Position numbers and translations under genes: made by a program. The notes beneath the pieces were generated by a model. The model searched no databases. It was given only the letters and a program-made list of their open reading frames with translations, and was not told the DNA's origin. A stretch of DNA of 64,000 bases from Chrysemys picta bellii. Lineage: Eukaryota. Below, piece by piece: positions 11,327 to 23,040 of this stretch (positions within the stretch are counted from its first letter, which is position 1; the number at the start of each line of letters is the position of its first letter). The stretch is from NCBI RefSeq assembly GCF_011386835.1, contig NC_088799.1, positions 2,852,001 through 2,916,000 of the forward strand. The letters run 5' to 3'.

Positions 11327-13647
11327 GAGCTTATTTTGGAGGGGAGGGGAGGGTGTCGCTAGGGTGGACAATGAACGTATGCAGAAGGAAGTGCAGAGGC
11401 AGGAGGAAGTAGAAATAGGGAGAGACGGGAAGAGAGAGTTTAGAGATTCTCAGCGGGAGACACTGAATCCAGCTCCATCCCCTGTGCTGTTGATGCAATA
11501 ATTAAATAAAAGCATTTCACCCAAACCTGAGAGTCCCCACATCCTCAAGAACTCAACAGCTTGGACAGACAAGAGGCCATAAACCCAGCCATAAATGACA
11601 CTAGCACACGGCAAACGTGGCATTTCATACACAAAGAGGGGAGTTAAAACACAGGCCTGTGAGTCAGCCCTCTACACCCTCTTTGACCCATTATGGACAT
11701 GTCACTTGACCTCAGAACGAAGGAATCTCTAAACCGAAGTCCGGGTTCCCGCAGCTGTACGATAGAGATCAGAATACGTGCTCTGAGCTCAGCAAGCTCT
11801 CAGAACAGAATCGGGGTTCATCAGGGAAGAAAGTACAGGGTCATTTACTCAGAAGGAAACTGATTCCATGAATATGCAGCTACTGCTTACGTGGTGGATG
11901 TGCCTTCTGCTGGCCCTCTGCCCAGAGATTAATTTGACCCTGAATGTGAAGCACTCTGGCCATCCCGAATCTGCTCAGGCGTCTGGAAATGTTTTCTTCT
12001 GCGCGGGCATCCCAGGCGTTAGTGTAGTCACTCAGAACAACATAACGTTGGCTTATTTCAATAGTAGCGCCTATGTTAGTAGCTCGCTACCTCACCTCAC
12101 CCTTCCTACATCACTGGGGTGTTGTGTGCGCCTCACTGTCGTGTATAGGCAGCACACTGCCAGTAAATACAAACGGATAAAGGATGATCAAGAAGTATAA
12201 CATATTCTGTGTGATTAACTATTTTATTTTATCTAGCATCAGAGCTGCTCAAATGTCCCTAATATAGTTTCATTGAATTTTTATTTTGCAGTAAAATGAC
12301 TTTCAGCCGTACTTGCCTTCCTCAGAGCTTAACAATCCAAGTCCTTATTCACTCCCCTATGCAGAACATCACCTAGTTCCCATCCCCCAAGCTTAGGCAT
12401 GTTTTAACTGGTTTCTGATTCACAGTCAGGGGCCTGGTAATTCTGCAGCTCTGACGGAAACCCTGGATACCCGCACGAAGCTTGTGTCTTGCTCAGGGCA
12501 TCTCAGTCAGAGGTCAACATTTATTCCATGCAAGGGTCTCTCCATGGGGAAGTGGGTGCTGCATCTCAGACATTGGCAGGGATTTTGAGGCAGTGAATCC
12601 AAGAACCTACTGACTTCACCCCGTCTCTCTCTCCTGCCATGAACCTCTCCTCAAGGAAGACACAAACCAGGACCCTACAGTGTGCTGGAGCCATAGAATC
12701 CTACTGCCTGGCTTCTTCATGGCCTTACTCCCATGTTACCTGAGTGCCAGTTCCTGGTAGAGATGTTGAGCACGAACATGGTGCATGTCCAATTTTTGCA
12801 GGTGCATCTTGGGATCACTTTGAAAACTGGACTCCTAGGGTTGAACGGTGAAACCCTCACACTGGTGAGCTGATACTCACAGGGGCATATCCCTTGGCAA
12901 CCTTCCTCACAGACTGAACATGCACAAGAGCATCACAATCTGGCCCAGAATATCTTTCATCCTGATTAAGTCCTCGTCCCCTTTTCCCAGGCGGAATACA
13001 GTACACAGTCCCGCACGGCTGTAAAGCAGGTCCGGGAACCCGGGATATGTTTTATTGATTTGACATGTTATCTTTCTAAAGCAGCCAGATCACGTAGGTT
13101 CATTATACATCATTCAGCAGTTTTAAGCCCTTTGGGAGCAGATTTCCTTTGTGAGAAGATTAACCAATGCAGAGAGGAGCTTGGCCCTCTGCAAAAGCAT
13201 CTGTTGTTGCTGTAATCTCTTTGAGGCAGAGACTGTAGGTGCTGATGTCTGGTCAGTACCTTGCACATGTTGGGAGCTACCAGAATACAAATTCATAATT
13301 CTAATCTTCCTAACAAGATTCAATTTTCTAGGCAAAATGTATACTTCTTAGTAACAAGTTCTCTTTGGACTTCTACTGCTCCTTTCCTCCAGGGATCGCT
13401 TTTTACAATGGCAAACTGAGACAATTAGCGGTTAAGGCCTGAATGCACAGAAGTGCACCTCAAATACACAAGCAATCATTTGTTACTGGGACCCGGTCCT
13501 TGAGTTGGCTGCTGGTCTAACATACCAAGCTTTCATGGTCTCCCTGCAATCAAATAAAGTAGAAATATACAGGAATGACCCTAGCAGGTCAAAGCAGGGG
13601 TCCTACTAGCCAGTATTCAGTCCCATACAGTGGCTGCACCAATGCCT

Positions 13648-13822
13648 ATCTCATAGAGCTAGAAGGGACCCTAAAAGGTCATCAAGTCCAGCCCCCTGCC
13701 ATCACTAGCAGGACTAAGTACTGATTTTTGCCCCAGATCCCTAAGTGGCCCCCTCAAGGACTGAACCCACAACCCTGGGTTTAGTAGACCAATGCTCAAA
13801 CCACTGAGCTATCCCTCCCCCC
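13648..13822 (-). mobile_element. Tortoise Pol III/SINE (tRNA-Lys head, CR1-derived tail)
   Basis: Minus strand: gggggagggatagctcagtggtttgagc (A box), gggttcagtcc (B box), tail ggacttgatgacc..gggtcccttctagctctatgaga. Confidence 0.9.
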
Positions 13823-15957
13823 AGCTGCCCCAAAGCCAGAACCTCAGCAGTAGAAAGTTCCTGGGTAAAACAGTGGCTGGCCCAAGATGACAGTGGCTCA
13901 GAGAGCGATGATGGGTCACTGCCTCTGCCCCACCTCTCCAAAGGCCCTCACCTGCAGTGTCCCAACCCTCGGCTGCCCATCCGACTCTCAGCTGGTGCAA
14001 CCCCCCCCCCCCATGACCGTGCTGCCAGAATGCCCACGCGAGATCAGCGCTTGGACAAAGAGCGGCCGGCTCAGGCTGAAGTGACGCTGATTGGAAAGGG
14101 GCAATGCCTTGAACAGCTGCCAAGATGTTGTCTCCCCCTTCCCCTGACGGCTCGCAGCCTCCATTCGTCAGAGCGGTGCGAAGCCTCAGGGTCTCATTTG
14201 ACTCCTCGCCAAACCTGGATGACCCGGGAACATCCGTTTCCAAATGTGCCTTCTTTCACCTCCAGCCTGCCAGGAAACTTGGTCCCTTCCTCCTGAAGGA
14301 GGGAATCTCTGACAGCTCAGCCCACCCCTCCCGTCAACTCAGTGGGAAGAGCACCACCTCCTGAGTCACTGCTCCAGGAATTCCTCGGCAAGCGCCCACC
14401 GATCAGCCCTTCCCCGGCTTAGTGTGTGAGAGCCGGGAAGAATGGCAGAGCCGCAGCCCTCCTCTTTGCCCTGTGCCCGCTGATTAGCTGGCTGTCAGTG
14501 CAGCTTTCCCTTGACTTCCCTTCCTTTATGCAGCCAGGCAGCAAACCCCTGCAGTCGAGGTGAGGTCCGAAAGGCAAGGGGGAGCAATGGGGCTTGTTTC
14601 ACCACTTGCCTGGGCTGTATTAGCTGTGTTCAGAGCCTCTATAGGGCAGCTGGCGAGGCAAATTGAGCTGCACTCAAAGAAAACAGCCTCCAAGCTGCAG
14701 CCAAGCTCCCCCTCCCAATACTGGAGCATCCTAGTAGCTCGGTTACTCTGGCAGAAACTCTGCACTCAGACGTGTTTCCAACATACGGGCTCCGAATTTG
14801 GCCTTCGTTCTCCTGTGCAGCTTGGGGAAGCCGTCTGACAGTGGCTGCCAACCTACCCCAGCCCTCCCCAAGGTTCAGGTTAGCAGCAGTTCACAGAAAG
14901 GAAAAGCGAACAGAATAAAAGACGGGGTGGGTGGTAGGACCAGGTGGGGGACCCGAAGGGGTCGTTTCTGTCCCGTCAAATGTCTGCTGGGTCTGAGGAC
15001 CCAATACTCTGCCTGCGCACCGTTTGCGCAGGGTCTGGCTGGCTGAGACACGCCGCTGGAATGGCAGAGCTCAAGCTGCCTGTTCCAATATGTCAACCTG
15101 GCGGTGTCTGAGTCACTCCCACACATGTCGTGTGCTGCTGGGATCATGCCAGGCAGGTCTCACCTCTCCCTGCTCCGCTTCACCACCTTTGCCATCCTCC
15201 CCAGCAATGTCACTCACTGCGAAGCCGGGTTAGAGACTTGTTAAATTGCAGTGCATTGGAGCAGCTCGTCGGCTTTCATGGCATTGTCTGGCTCTGTGAA
15301 GACTACTGCCTTTAGCACAAATGGTTCACTGTTTCTCAGACTATCTGAAGCTCAGTGTTAGGATATTGATGTCTCCTGCCACCACACTAACCAAGCAGAG
15401 AAACAGGAGTAGGGGTATGTGTGGGAGGGCTGGGAGGTGGTGGAATTAACATGATACTCAAACTAATTTATAGCCTCTTCCAAGAAGGAAACCTCTTCGG
15501 ATTCATCCCTTCCTAGCAGAGATGAGTCCAGAGCCCTCGCTCCCTGTGACCTGCACACTTTGCAGTGTTTGAAATCTAGAGCCCAACTTTGTAATTTGGC
15601 CAGAATCTCTGTTTATGAACCAGAGGGGTGATCCTGTAACCCTTGGCAACACAAGTTGCCTTCATTCCCCTGAGGAGTGGCACTAAAGTCAATGGGGTAC
15701 TTCCTGCTCACCTGCATAGGGACTGCACGCGTGAGCAAGGCGAGCAGGCTTAGCCTCAGAGGCAACCGTACATCCTTTCCGTCCCACCAGACGAGAGTTG
15801 TCACGGCCGAGCAGGCGCTTGAGAAGTGACTGGCTCTCATAGACTCAGAAAGCTCAGAGAGGAAAGTATAGAACAATGCCACTGACTTTACATATTGAAC
15901 AGCTGGGCTGTGCTAGTCAATGGAAAAGGGCAGAGAACCTGTGTCTCTCCTGGTTGA

Positions 15958-16129
15958 GTCTCAGAGGGGTAGCCGTGTTAGTCTGGATCTGTGAAAGCAG
16001 CAAAGAGTCCTGTGGCACCTTAGAGACTAACAGCCGTATTGGAGCATGAGCTTTCGTGGGTGAATACCCACTTCGTCGGATGCATGTCTGTTAGCCTATA
16101 AGGTGCCACAGGACTCTTTGCTGCTTTTA
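15958..16129 (-). mobile_element. Short Penelope-like insertion (3' terminus only) with inverted 5' segment
   Basis: 10-bp TSD tcctggttga (15948-15957, 16130-16139); arms 15994-16033 and 16088-16128 are near-perfect inverted repeats; shares end gtMtcagaggggtagcc with 17454 and 22227 insertions. Confidence 0.9.
16044..16083 (-). ncRNA. Minimal type-I hammerhead ribozyme motif
   Basis: GCAU-CCGACGA-A-GUGGG(UAUUCA)CCCAC-GAAA-GC-UC^AUGC: stem I GCAU/AUGC, 5-6 bp stem II, GAAA, palindromic AGCU stem III, CUC cleavage triplet; U4C and an extra A in core. Confidence 0.75.
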
Positions 16130-17453
16130 TCCTGGTTGAATCATTCCTTATTATGTGCCGAAGGACCGGATGAATCACTTGAGTTTCTCATTAAGGCTCA
16201 TCGGGAATTAACAGGACTTCACTGTAACCCAGATGCTGAGCGTCTCTTGGTAAAATGATATAGAAACGGCAATAACATCTACTATAAGGGTCAAACTAAT
16301 AGATGGGGGTAGGCTTCATTTTCAGTACACAGCAGCTGTTGCTATAGGGGGAGTGGAAGAGTTAAGCAAGGCCTGAAAACTCAATTATGTTATCCGGCTT
16401 TTGGATATTCTTTCCTTCTGGCTCCACTTTGCTCCACACTGATAACATCCTTTAACCCACCAGCTAAAGTCATTCATCTTCCGATGCCAGCTGCTGGCCA
16501 CTGGGAATTGGCCACTGCAAGCAAAGAGGCAGAGTCTTAGCAACCCTCCCTCCTGTAGCTGTTTTCTCCTCTCTTCCGCCCAGGTGCCCTCCCTTGAGAT
16601 CCAGGAGAGTCCCCCGGGTGGCTGAGAGGCGCCGAACTGGGCTCACGGTGTAGCCCTGTGGGTGAAAGGTGCTAGAAAAGTGAAGGCACTAGAGGGCACC
16701 GATACAGCCTTCATACCCTGCCACGCCTCCTGGATTGTGTTCTGCCTGTAGCTGCGTTTTGCAACCCCAGCGTCCAGGTTGTGTGGGTGTAAAGGGAGGG
16801 CCCGGAGTGGTGCTCTGTGCGTGCGCGTCGGTGTGTCCCGTGGAAAGGGAGAACTGGGCCCACAAGCTCTGCTCCCAGTTGCACCAGCGTATGACGGGTC
16901 AGCCCGGTATAACTCAGCGCATAACTGACCCTTGCGTGTAAAGGATCCTGGCTTTGCCCTGTTTAATACATGGAAATACTCACTGACAGCAGCCAGCGGG
17001 TCATTTTACAACAGCCTACACATTTCTCTCTCTTCCGTCCAAGGCAGCTGGTTCTGTGTGTCTGTGATGAGGGGAATTAGCCCCCTATTTTTACTGCATT
17101 TCTTTTCCAGTTCTCACCCTCCTCCCCCCCAAAAGGAACTGAACCTCAATGAGTTTGTCATTTTTCTTTTGAGTTCTAAGATCTCTGGGACTGCGGCAGA
17201 GCAGCTGCTGGCGTGGCACACAGCAATCCCAGCGCCATCCTTGCAGCTACCCTGATGAAATCCTGAGCAAATTGAGTCAGCCAACAAACTCCTTCCCCGG
17301 TGCCGAGCGGCCAGAGACCATTAGATAAGGAAAGGAACAGGCGAATGGGCTTGCTCATGGAAATCTATCAGACATTCTGCCTCGGAGACACGCCTGGAAG
17401 TGTGACCCCCAGAGCTCCGCCAAGGGAGGGAGGGCAATTACTAATAGGGGTTG

Positions 17454-17559
17454 AGTATCAGAGGGGTAGCCGTGTTAGTCTGAATCTGTAAAAAGTAACA
17501 GAGGGTCCTGTGGCACCTTTGAGACTAACAGAAGTACTGGGAGCATAAGCTTTCGTGGG
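17454..17559 (-). mobile_element. Short Penelope-like insertion truncated inside hammerhead stem II
   Basis: 12-bp TSD taataggggttg (17442-17453, 17560-17571); ends at gcataagctttcgtggg. Confidence 0.9.
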
Positions 17560-19319
17560 TAATAGGGGTTGGGCAGCTGAAAAGTAAATGCAGCCGAGGG
17601 CCCAAACCCTCGAGGCTGGAGCCCCTTTCAGGCTCAGACAACGGCCACATTCTTCCCTCACTCGGCGTTTCGGGCGGGTGCAGCTGTGCCAATTTACACC
17701 GGTGTTGGGGAGAGGAAAATCAGACTCCGAATCCACCCACCCCACACAAATGAACAGCTCTTTCCACGCTGAGAAAGCCACCTTCTGCCTCTGCCTCCCG
17801 GGCATGTCTCCTGCTTGCCAGGGCCTCCATTCTGTACATGCCCCAGATTCCCCCTAGAATTCACGGCAGGACACACAAAGATGGCAGGGTCAGCTCCCCA
17901 GTTTGTCCTCCTCTGCCTCTGCTCACCTCCTAGAACGTCTCTTGGAGAGATCTCCGTTGTGGGCAGCATGCTCCTGACTACGCAGAATGGGGGGAAAACC
18001 GCTCTGTGGCACCAGCCTCACTCTTCTGCCTTGGCTCTATGAATGGAGAGGTGATGATCTCAGCACCGGGGGTCAACTGGGGAAATCCCTGGGATGGTGG
18101 ATCCAATGGGGCCCAGGAGCCAGCGTGGGTGGATTCCCTTCCCCTTCCTCAATAAGGACAGTTCATCCTGCCCCTTCCCTACCACCACCTGCATGAAAAA
18201 TATTCTTCTGCCAGCCAGCGCCCGGAATCAGCTACAGGGTGAGACAGGCAGTTACAAGAAGCCAGGTATTTTCTTTCCTTTCTGAGACCTGCTGTGAAAA
18301 CAGCTAGGGGCCAAGTTTGCTTATCCACAGGTTGGGCCTCTTAACTATGTGGTGCCACTGAGCTGTCATCAGCACCTCTCCCTGGAGCAAATGAGAACAG
18401 GTGTGAAAGATGGAAGCACCAGCTGCAGTAACCCTGCCAGAAAGTCACCCGGTATCACACAGCTCATAGCTATCGATTGAGTCGGAATCAGGGAGCTGTC
18501 TGACAACAGGTGCTGGCAACCAGCAATGTTGCCTAACTCACCTTCCAAGGGCAGGCCTGGAAAACAATCTTTCCAAGGTGCTGCAAGCACTGATCAATAA
18601 AGCAAACAAATTTTGTGTTGCTCCCCTCGTCCTTCCCTGCGTCCCCTACCTCCGCTCGCAGGAGAACATGGTACATCACTGGACAAGGTACATTTTGCAG
18701 GACAATCTGTCACGAGGACTGAAGAGACAGCAACAACAGTAACACTAGGGCAGCAGCTGCAGCCACAAACAATCGGGGAGACCTCCCTGGTGGGCCTCCC
18801 AAGTTGCGGGGAGAAGCTGGTTGGTTGGGGAAGAGATCTGGAGAGCACAGCAGGGTGAGGACCAGGCCCTATGGTTGAGGGAGGTATTCTCAAATTGAGA
18901 CGCAGCCTCACACCAAGCATTGTCCAAAACACACTCCTCTAAACCTGTGATCAGGCAGGGCCGGAGTGCCAGATGTCTTGATTCCTAAATGAATAGCGGG
19001 AGGGAAATGAAGAGTGCCCGGAGGTATGGCAAAGAAGTGCGCCAGCGAGGGAAAGATCTTAGCAGCTGGCGTGACTGGGATGTGACTCAGCAGCCCAGGG
19101 CAGGTGGCCAAGGCGCCCTCACTGCAGATATGGACCAGGAGGGAGGACACTCGCTGGAATGATCTAGAAGCCAGTCCTACAGTGAGCTCTGTACAGACAG
19201 GCACCTACACCTGTGTGGAGGTCAGTGCAGGACCGGGGCCATACTAGTCCTGGTCCTGCAGGCTATCGTGGTTCACGATGGACCCCCCCTAGCCCCCATG
19301 GTCTCTGGTGGCCTCGAGT

Positions 19320-19560
19320 CATTATTGTTTATTTGGATTACAGCAGCACCTAGAAGCCTCAGTTCAGGGCCCCATTGTAGTACAGGCTGTAGAGACCCAC
19401 AGTGCGAAACAGTCCCTGACCTGAGGTGCTCACAACCTAAATACAGGACAGACCAAGGGAAACACAGACACGCAGCATGCTAAGTGACTTGGCCAAGACC
19501 GAGCAGTAGAAACTGGGATTATAGATCAGGTCTCCGGACGGCCGGTCCAGTACCCTGTCC
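19320..19560 (-). mobile_element. L2 3' tail followed by MIR fragment
   Basis: ttatttggattacagcagcaccta..gggccccattgt..cagtccctg (L2 tail, also ~25285-25420, ~33085-33200, ~40565-40670); ctaagtgacttggccaagacc (MIR core, reverse). Confidence 0.65.
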
Positions 19561-19896
19561 TTGCACCTGACTAGCTAAGATCTCATAGAGCTGTTGTGTT
19601 TTGAAGACTTGGAGGCAACATTTCACTTGGCAATTGGATGGCGACCGTGATGTCTGTCACCGCGAGTGTGATGAGCTGTCACTCCAGAATCTCTCACCCA
19701 CACTAAACTAAACAAAGGCCATTATAAAGGAAGTATATAACTCGGTACCATGGACATGTACCTACTGCCATGAACGATGTGGCGAGTTCAGTAACCACAG
19801 CTCCGGGTAGAGAAAGGCCTATTCTTCCAGAAAGTTCAAGGCAAAGTGAGACAGTTTCTGACAGGCACGTTTTAATTTTAAAAACATAACAAGAAT

Positions 19897-20334
19897 AATA
19901 GAATCATAGAATATCAGGGTTGGAAGAGACCTCAGGAGGTCATCTAGTCCAACTACCTGCTCAAAGCAGGACCAACGCCAACTAAATCATCCCAGCCAGG
20001 GCTTTGTCAAGCCCAGGCCTTAAAAACCTCTAAGGATAGAGATTCCACCACCTCCCTAGGGAACCCATTCCAGTGCTTCATCACCCTCCTAGTGAAATAG
20101 TTTTTCCTAATATCCAACCTAAACCTCCCCCACTGCAACTTGAGACCATTGCTCCTTGTTCTGTCATCTGCCACCACTGAGAACAGTCTAGATCCATCCT
20201 CTTTGGAACTCCCTTTCAGGTAGTTGAAGGCTGATATCAAATCCCCCCTCATTCTTCTCTTCTGCAGCCTAAACAAGCCCAGTTCCCTCAGCCTCTCCTC
20301 GTAAACCATGTGTCCCAGCCCCCTAATCATTTTC
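19897..20334 (-). mobile_element. Young PsCR1-like LINE 3' fragment
   Basis: ORF 20007-20363 ([20 protein letters not shown]...[21 protein letters not shown]); 3' repeat attctatgattctatt. Confidence 0.95.
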
Positions 20335-21731
20335 ATAAATATATTCTCTCGCCATGCCCCCACCTGCCCTTTCCTCCTAGCTACACAAATGACAAGACAA
20401 GCTCAGAGAGAGACACACCTTCACGATGAATGAGGAGTTCAAGTGGAATAAGCATAAAAGGATTTTTCTTTATCTGTCTTATTACTTTAATTTGGCCCCT
20501 AACAGAACGTCCAAGAAAGACAGAAAGAAACCTCATCAAACGGCAGAGTGCTTGACAGAAGTTGACAGGACCGCCTGGTTTTTAACTGTCTCTGTCAAGG
20601 GCTGGAATGCTTTCTTTCTCTTGTTGTTAGGAAGTCAAAATATCCTCTGTCCTGCCTCCATGAGAACTCCCTCTTCCCCAAAGGCTTGAAGCTGGAGCTG
20701 CATTTCCCAGCATGTGACACATACACGGGATGTGTTGTGGAGAGAAAAGGCAGAGAAGAGAAATTAGGGGGAATCGCAAGGCAATTGCATAGCAAGACAT
20801 ATGCAGTCTATGGTAAAAATGGTAAGAGGACTCCATTGGTAGGAGCTCCCCACCCAAAGGAAATAGTTTTTCACAACCAGGCCTTCCTTGCTGTCCCATA
20901 CAACTGGTCTGTTTCTTTTAATAGTGCATGTTAAAAAAATAGGGAAATTTTCTTTTTCTATAGCATCTTGCTGCCTCCCCAAAAAAGCCAAAGGAAAAAG
21001 TCGAAAGGAGGAAAAGGATGACTAATTGCTGGAATTGTCTGACTGAACAAGTCAGCTAAGATTAAAACAGGCAAAAGAGAGACATAAAATAGACACTAGC
21101 TCTTTCTCTCCACCTTCAGGGATAGAAACCTGGACGAGAACCACAGTCCAATATCAGAGTAGTGCAATATCACCTATTAGCCATCTCAGAAAAAGATGAC
21201 TATCCACTAGTTTGGCAATGACAGAGATATTTTCCAGACCACCAAGTCAGAACCCGATTCAAAATTCTGCAAAGCTTAGGTCTGGGGTTTGAGGCATTAT
21301 CAATCATAGCAGCCACAAGGCTACTGCAGCTTGGCCAGGGTGACCAGCCAGCAGCACCGGGATCAGAAAAGTGAAAAGGTTTTAAACCTCCTTTGTGTGT
21401 GCAGATGCACACACTCACACGCACGCACACCAGGACATGCTGCACGTTCAGAGAGAGGGCTTATCAATCCCTCCTTAACTAGTCATGCTAAACAGAATCA
21501 CAGAAACGTAGGGCTGGGAGGGAACTCGAGAGTTAATCAAGTCCAGGCCTCTGTGCTGAGCCAGGAACAAGTAGACCTAGACCATCCCTAAGCAGCACCA
21601 GATCCCACCAGAACAATAGAAGCAAAACCTGCAAACATACCTCCATTGCTACAATGACCAACTCCCTTCACAACACACCTTTCAAGATCCGTGGGTCCTA
21701 CGTGTGCCTATCACAACATGTGCCGTACCTT

Positions 21732-22072
21732 ATAAGAACAGCCAGACTGGGTCAGACCAAAGGTCCATCTAGCCCAGTATCCTGTCTTCCGACAGTGGCC
21801 AATGCCAGGTGCCCCAGAGGGAATGAACAGAACAGATAATGATCAAGTGATCCATCCTCTGTCACCCATTCCCAGCTTCTGGCAAACAGAGGCTAGGGAC
21901 ACCATCCCTGCCCATCCTGGCTAATAGCCATTGATGGATCTATCCTCCATGAATTGATCTAGCTCGTTTTTTAACCCTGTTATAGACTTGGCCTTCCCAA
22001 GATCCTCTGGCAAAGAGTTCCACAGGTTGACTGTGCATTGTGTGAAGAAATACTTCCTTTTGTTTGTTTTAA
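21732..22072 (-). mobile_element. CR1 LINE 3' fragment, second subfamily
   Basis: ataagaacagccagactgggtcagaccaaaggtccatctagcccagtatcctgtc tail; ttccacaggttgactgtgcattgtgtgaagaaatac RT end. Confidence 0.85.
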
Positions 22073-22226
22073 CAAAAGTGCACTAAATGCCCCAATAACA
22101 ACAACGTGGGTGAAACCAGACAATCACTGTTCTCTCGAATGAACTTGCAGAGGAAAATGATAACAGAGAAAAACACCCTATCACCCGTGGGTGAACACTT
22201 TTCCCAAAGCAATCACTCCCTATCTG

Positions 22227-22350
22227 GTATCAGAGGGGTAGCCATGTTAGTCTGGATCTGTAAAAAGCAACAGAGAGTCCTGTGGCACCTTTAAGACTAA
22301 CAGATGTATGGGAGCATAAGCTTTCATGGGTGAATACCCACTTCGTCAGA
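22227..22350 (-). mobile_element. Short Penelope-like insertion with a hammerhead lacking stem I 5' arm
   Basis: 8-bp TSD cctatctg (22219-22226, 22351-22358); minus strand reads U-CUGACGA-A-GUGGG(UAUUCA)CCCAU-GAAA-GC-UU^AUGC at 22314-22350. Confidence 0.9.
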
Positions 22351-22642
22351 CCTATCTGACCTCTCAGTCCTCAGCCTCAAAGGAAAGTTGCACAACACCT
22401 TCAAAAGACAAGTTTAGGAGCTTAAATTAACTACTCTGCTACATACTACAAATCATGGACTGAACAGAGACACTAGATTTATGGCTTATTACAAAAATCT
22501 GTAACCTACTAACCCCCTCTTTTTGTCCTGTGATTACAGGGGTGTTAATGAGCCACTTCACTTTGAATGGTCCCTTAGAATATGTGCTAATTACTTATGC
22601 TAAACTATCTGCTCCACCTTGTAATTTGCTGTGGCACTCTGA

Positions 22643-22934
22643 GGCCTTGGCTACACTGGTGCTTTACAGCGCTGCAACTTTCTCGCTCAGGGGTGTGAAA
22701 AAACACACACACACCCCCGAGCACAGCAAGTTACAGCGCTGTAAAGCACCAGTGTAAACAGTGCCCCAGCTGCGCTCCCAGCGCTGTAAGCTAATCCCCT
22801 CGTGGAGGTGGAGTACCTGCAGCGTTGGGAGAGTTTCTCCCAGCACTGGCACCGCGACCACACTCGCACTTCAAAGCGCTGCCGCGGGAGTGCTACCATG
22901 GCAGCGCTTTGGAGTTTCGAGTGTAGCCAAGCCC
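22643..22934. mobile_element. Harbinger-type MITE
   Basis: TIRs ggccttggctacact / agtgtagccaagccc; 3-bp TSD tga (22640-22642, 22935-22937); internal inverted repeat ctggtgctttacagcgctg / cagcgctgtaaagcaccag. Confidence 0.85.
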
Positions 22935-23040
22935 TGAGTACCTTTCTCACCAACAGAAGTTGGTCCAATAAAAGATATTACCTGACCCACCTTGTCTCTC
23001 TAATATCTTGGGACCGACACGGCTACAACAACACTGCATA

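Larger units (their letters stand above)
22076..23040 (+). mobile_element. Older Penelope-like element 3' part (GIY-YIG C-terminus plus 3'UTR), interrupted twice
   Basis: Translates KCTKCPNNNNVGETRQSLFSRMN..KNTLSPVGEHFSQSNHSL/SDLSVLSLKG..HGLNRDTRFMAYY, paralleling the 43300 ORF; has a stop codon; insertions at 22227 and 22643. Confidence 0.85.

Noticed and set aside
11868-12200. 110-aa ORF with signal-peptide-like N-terminus
   Set aside because: No family motif or polyA support; composition compatible with chance
12802-12864. 63-nt plus-strand exon candidate (tttttgcag|...CTG|gtgagc; VHLGITLKTGLLGLNGETLTL)
   Set aside because: Good splice signals but isolated; such matches are expected by chance in 64 kb
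18662-18853. Plus-strand exon candidate after a long pyrimidine tract
   Set aside because: No frame gives a recognisable protein; no flanking exons in phase
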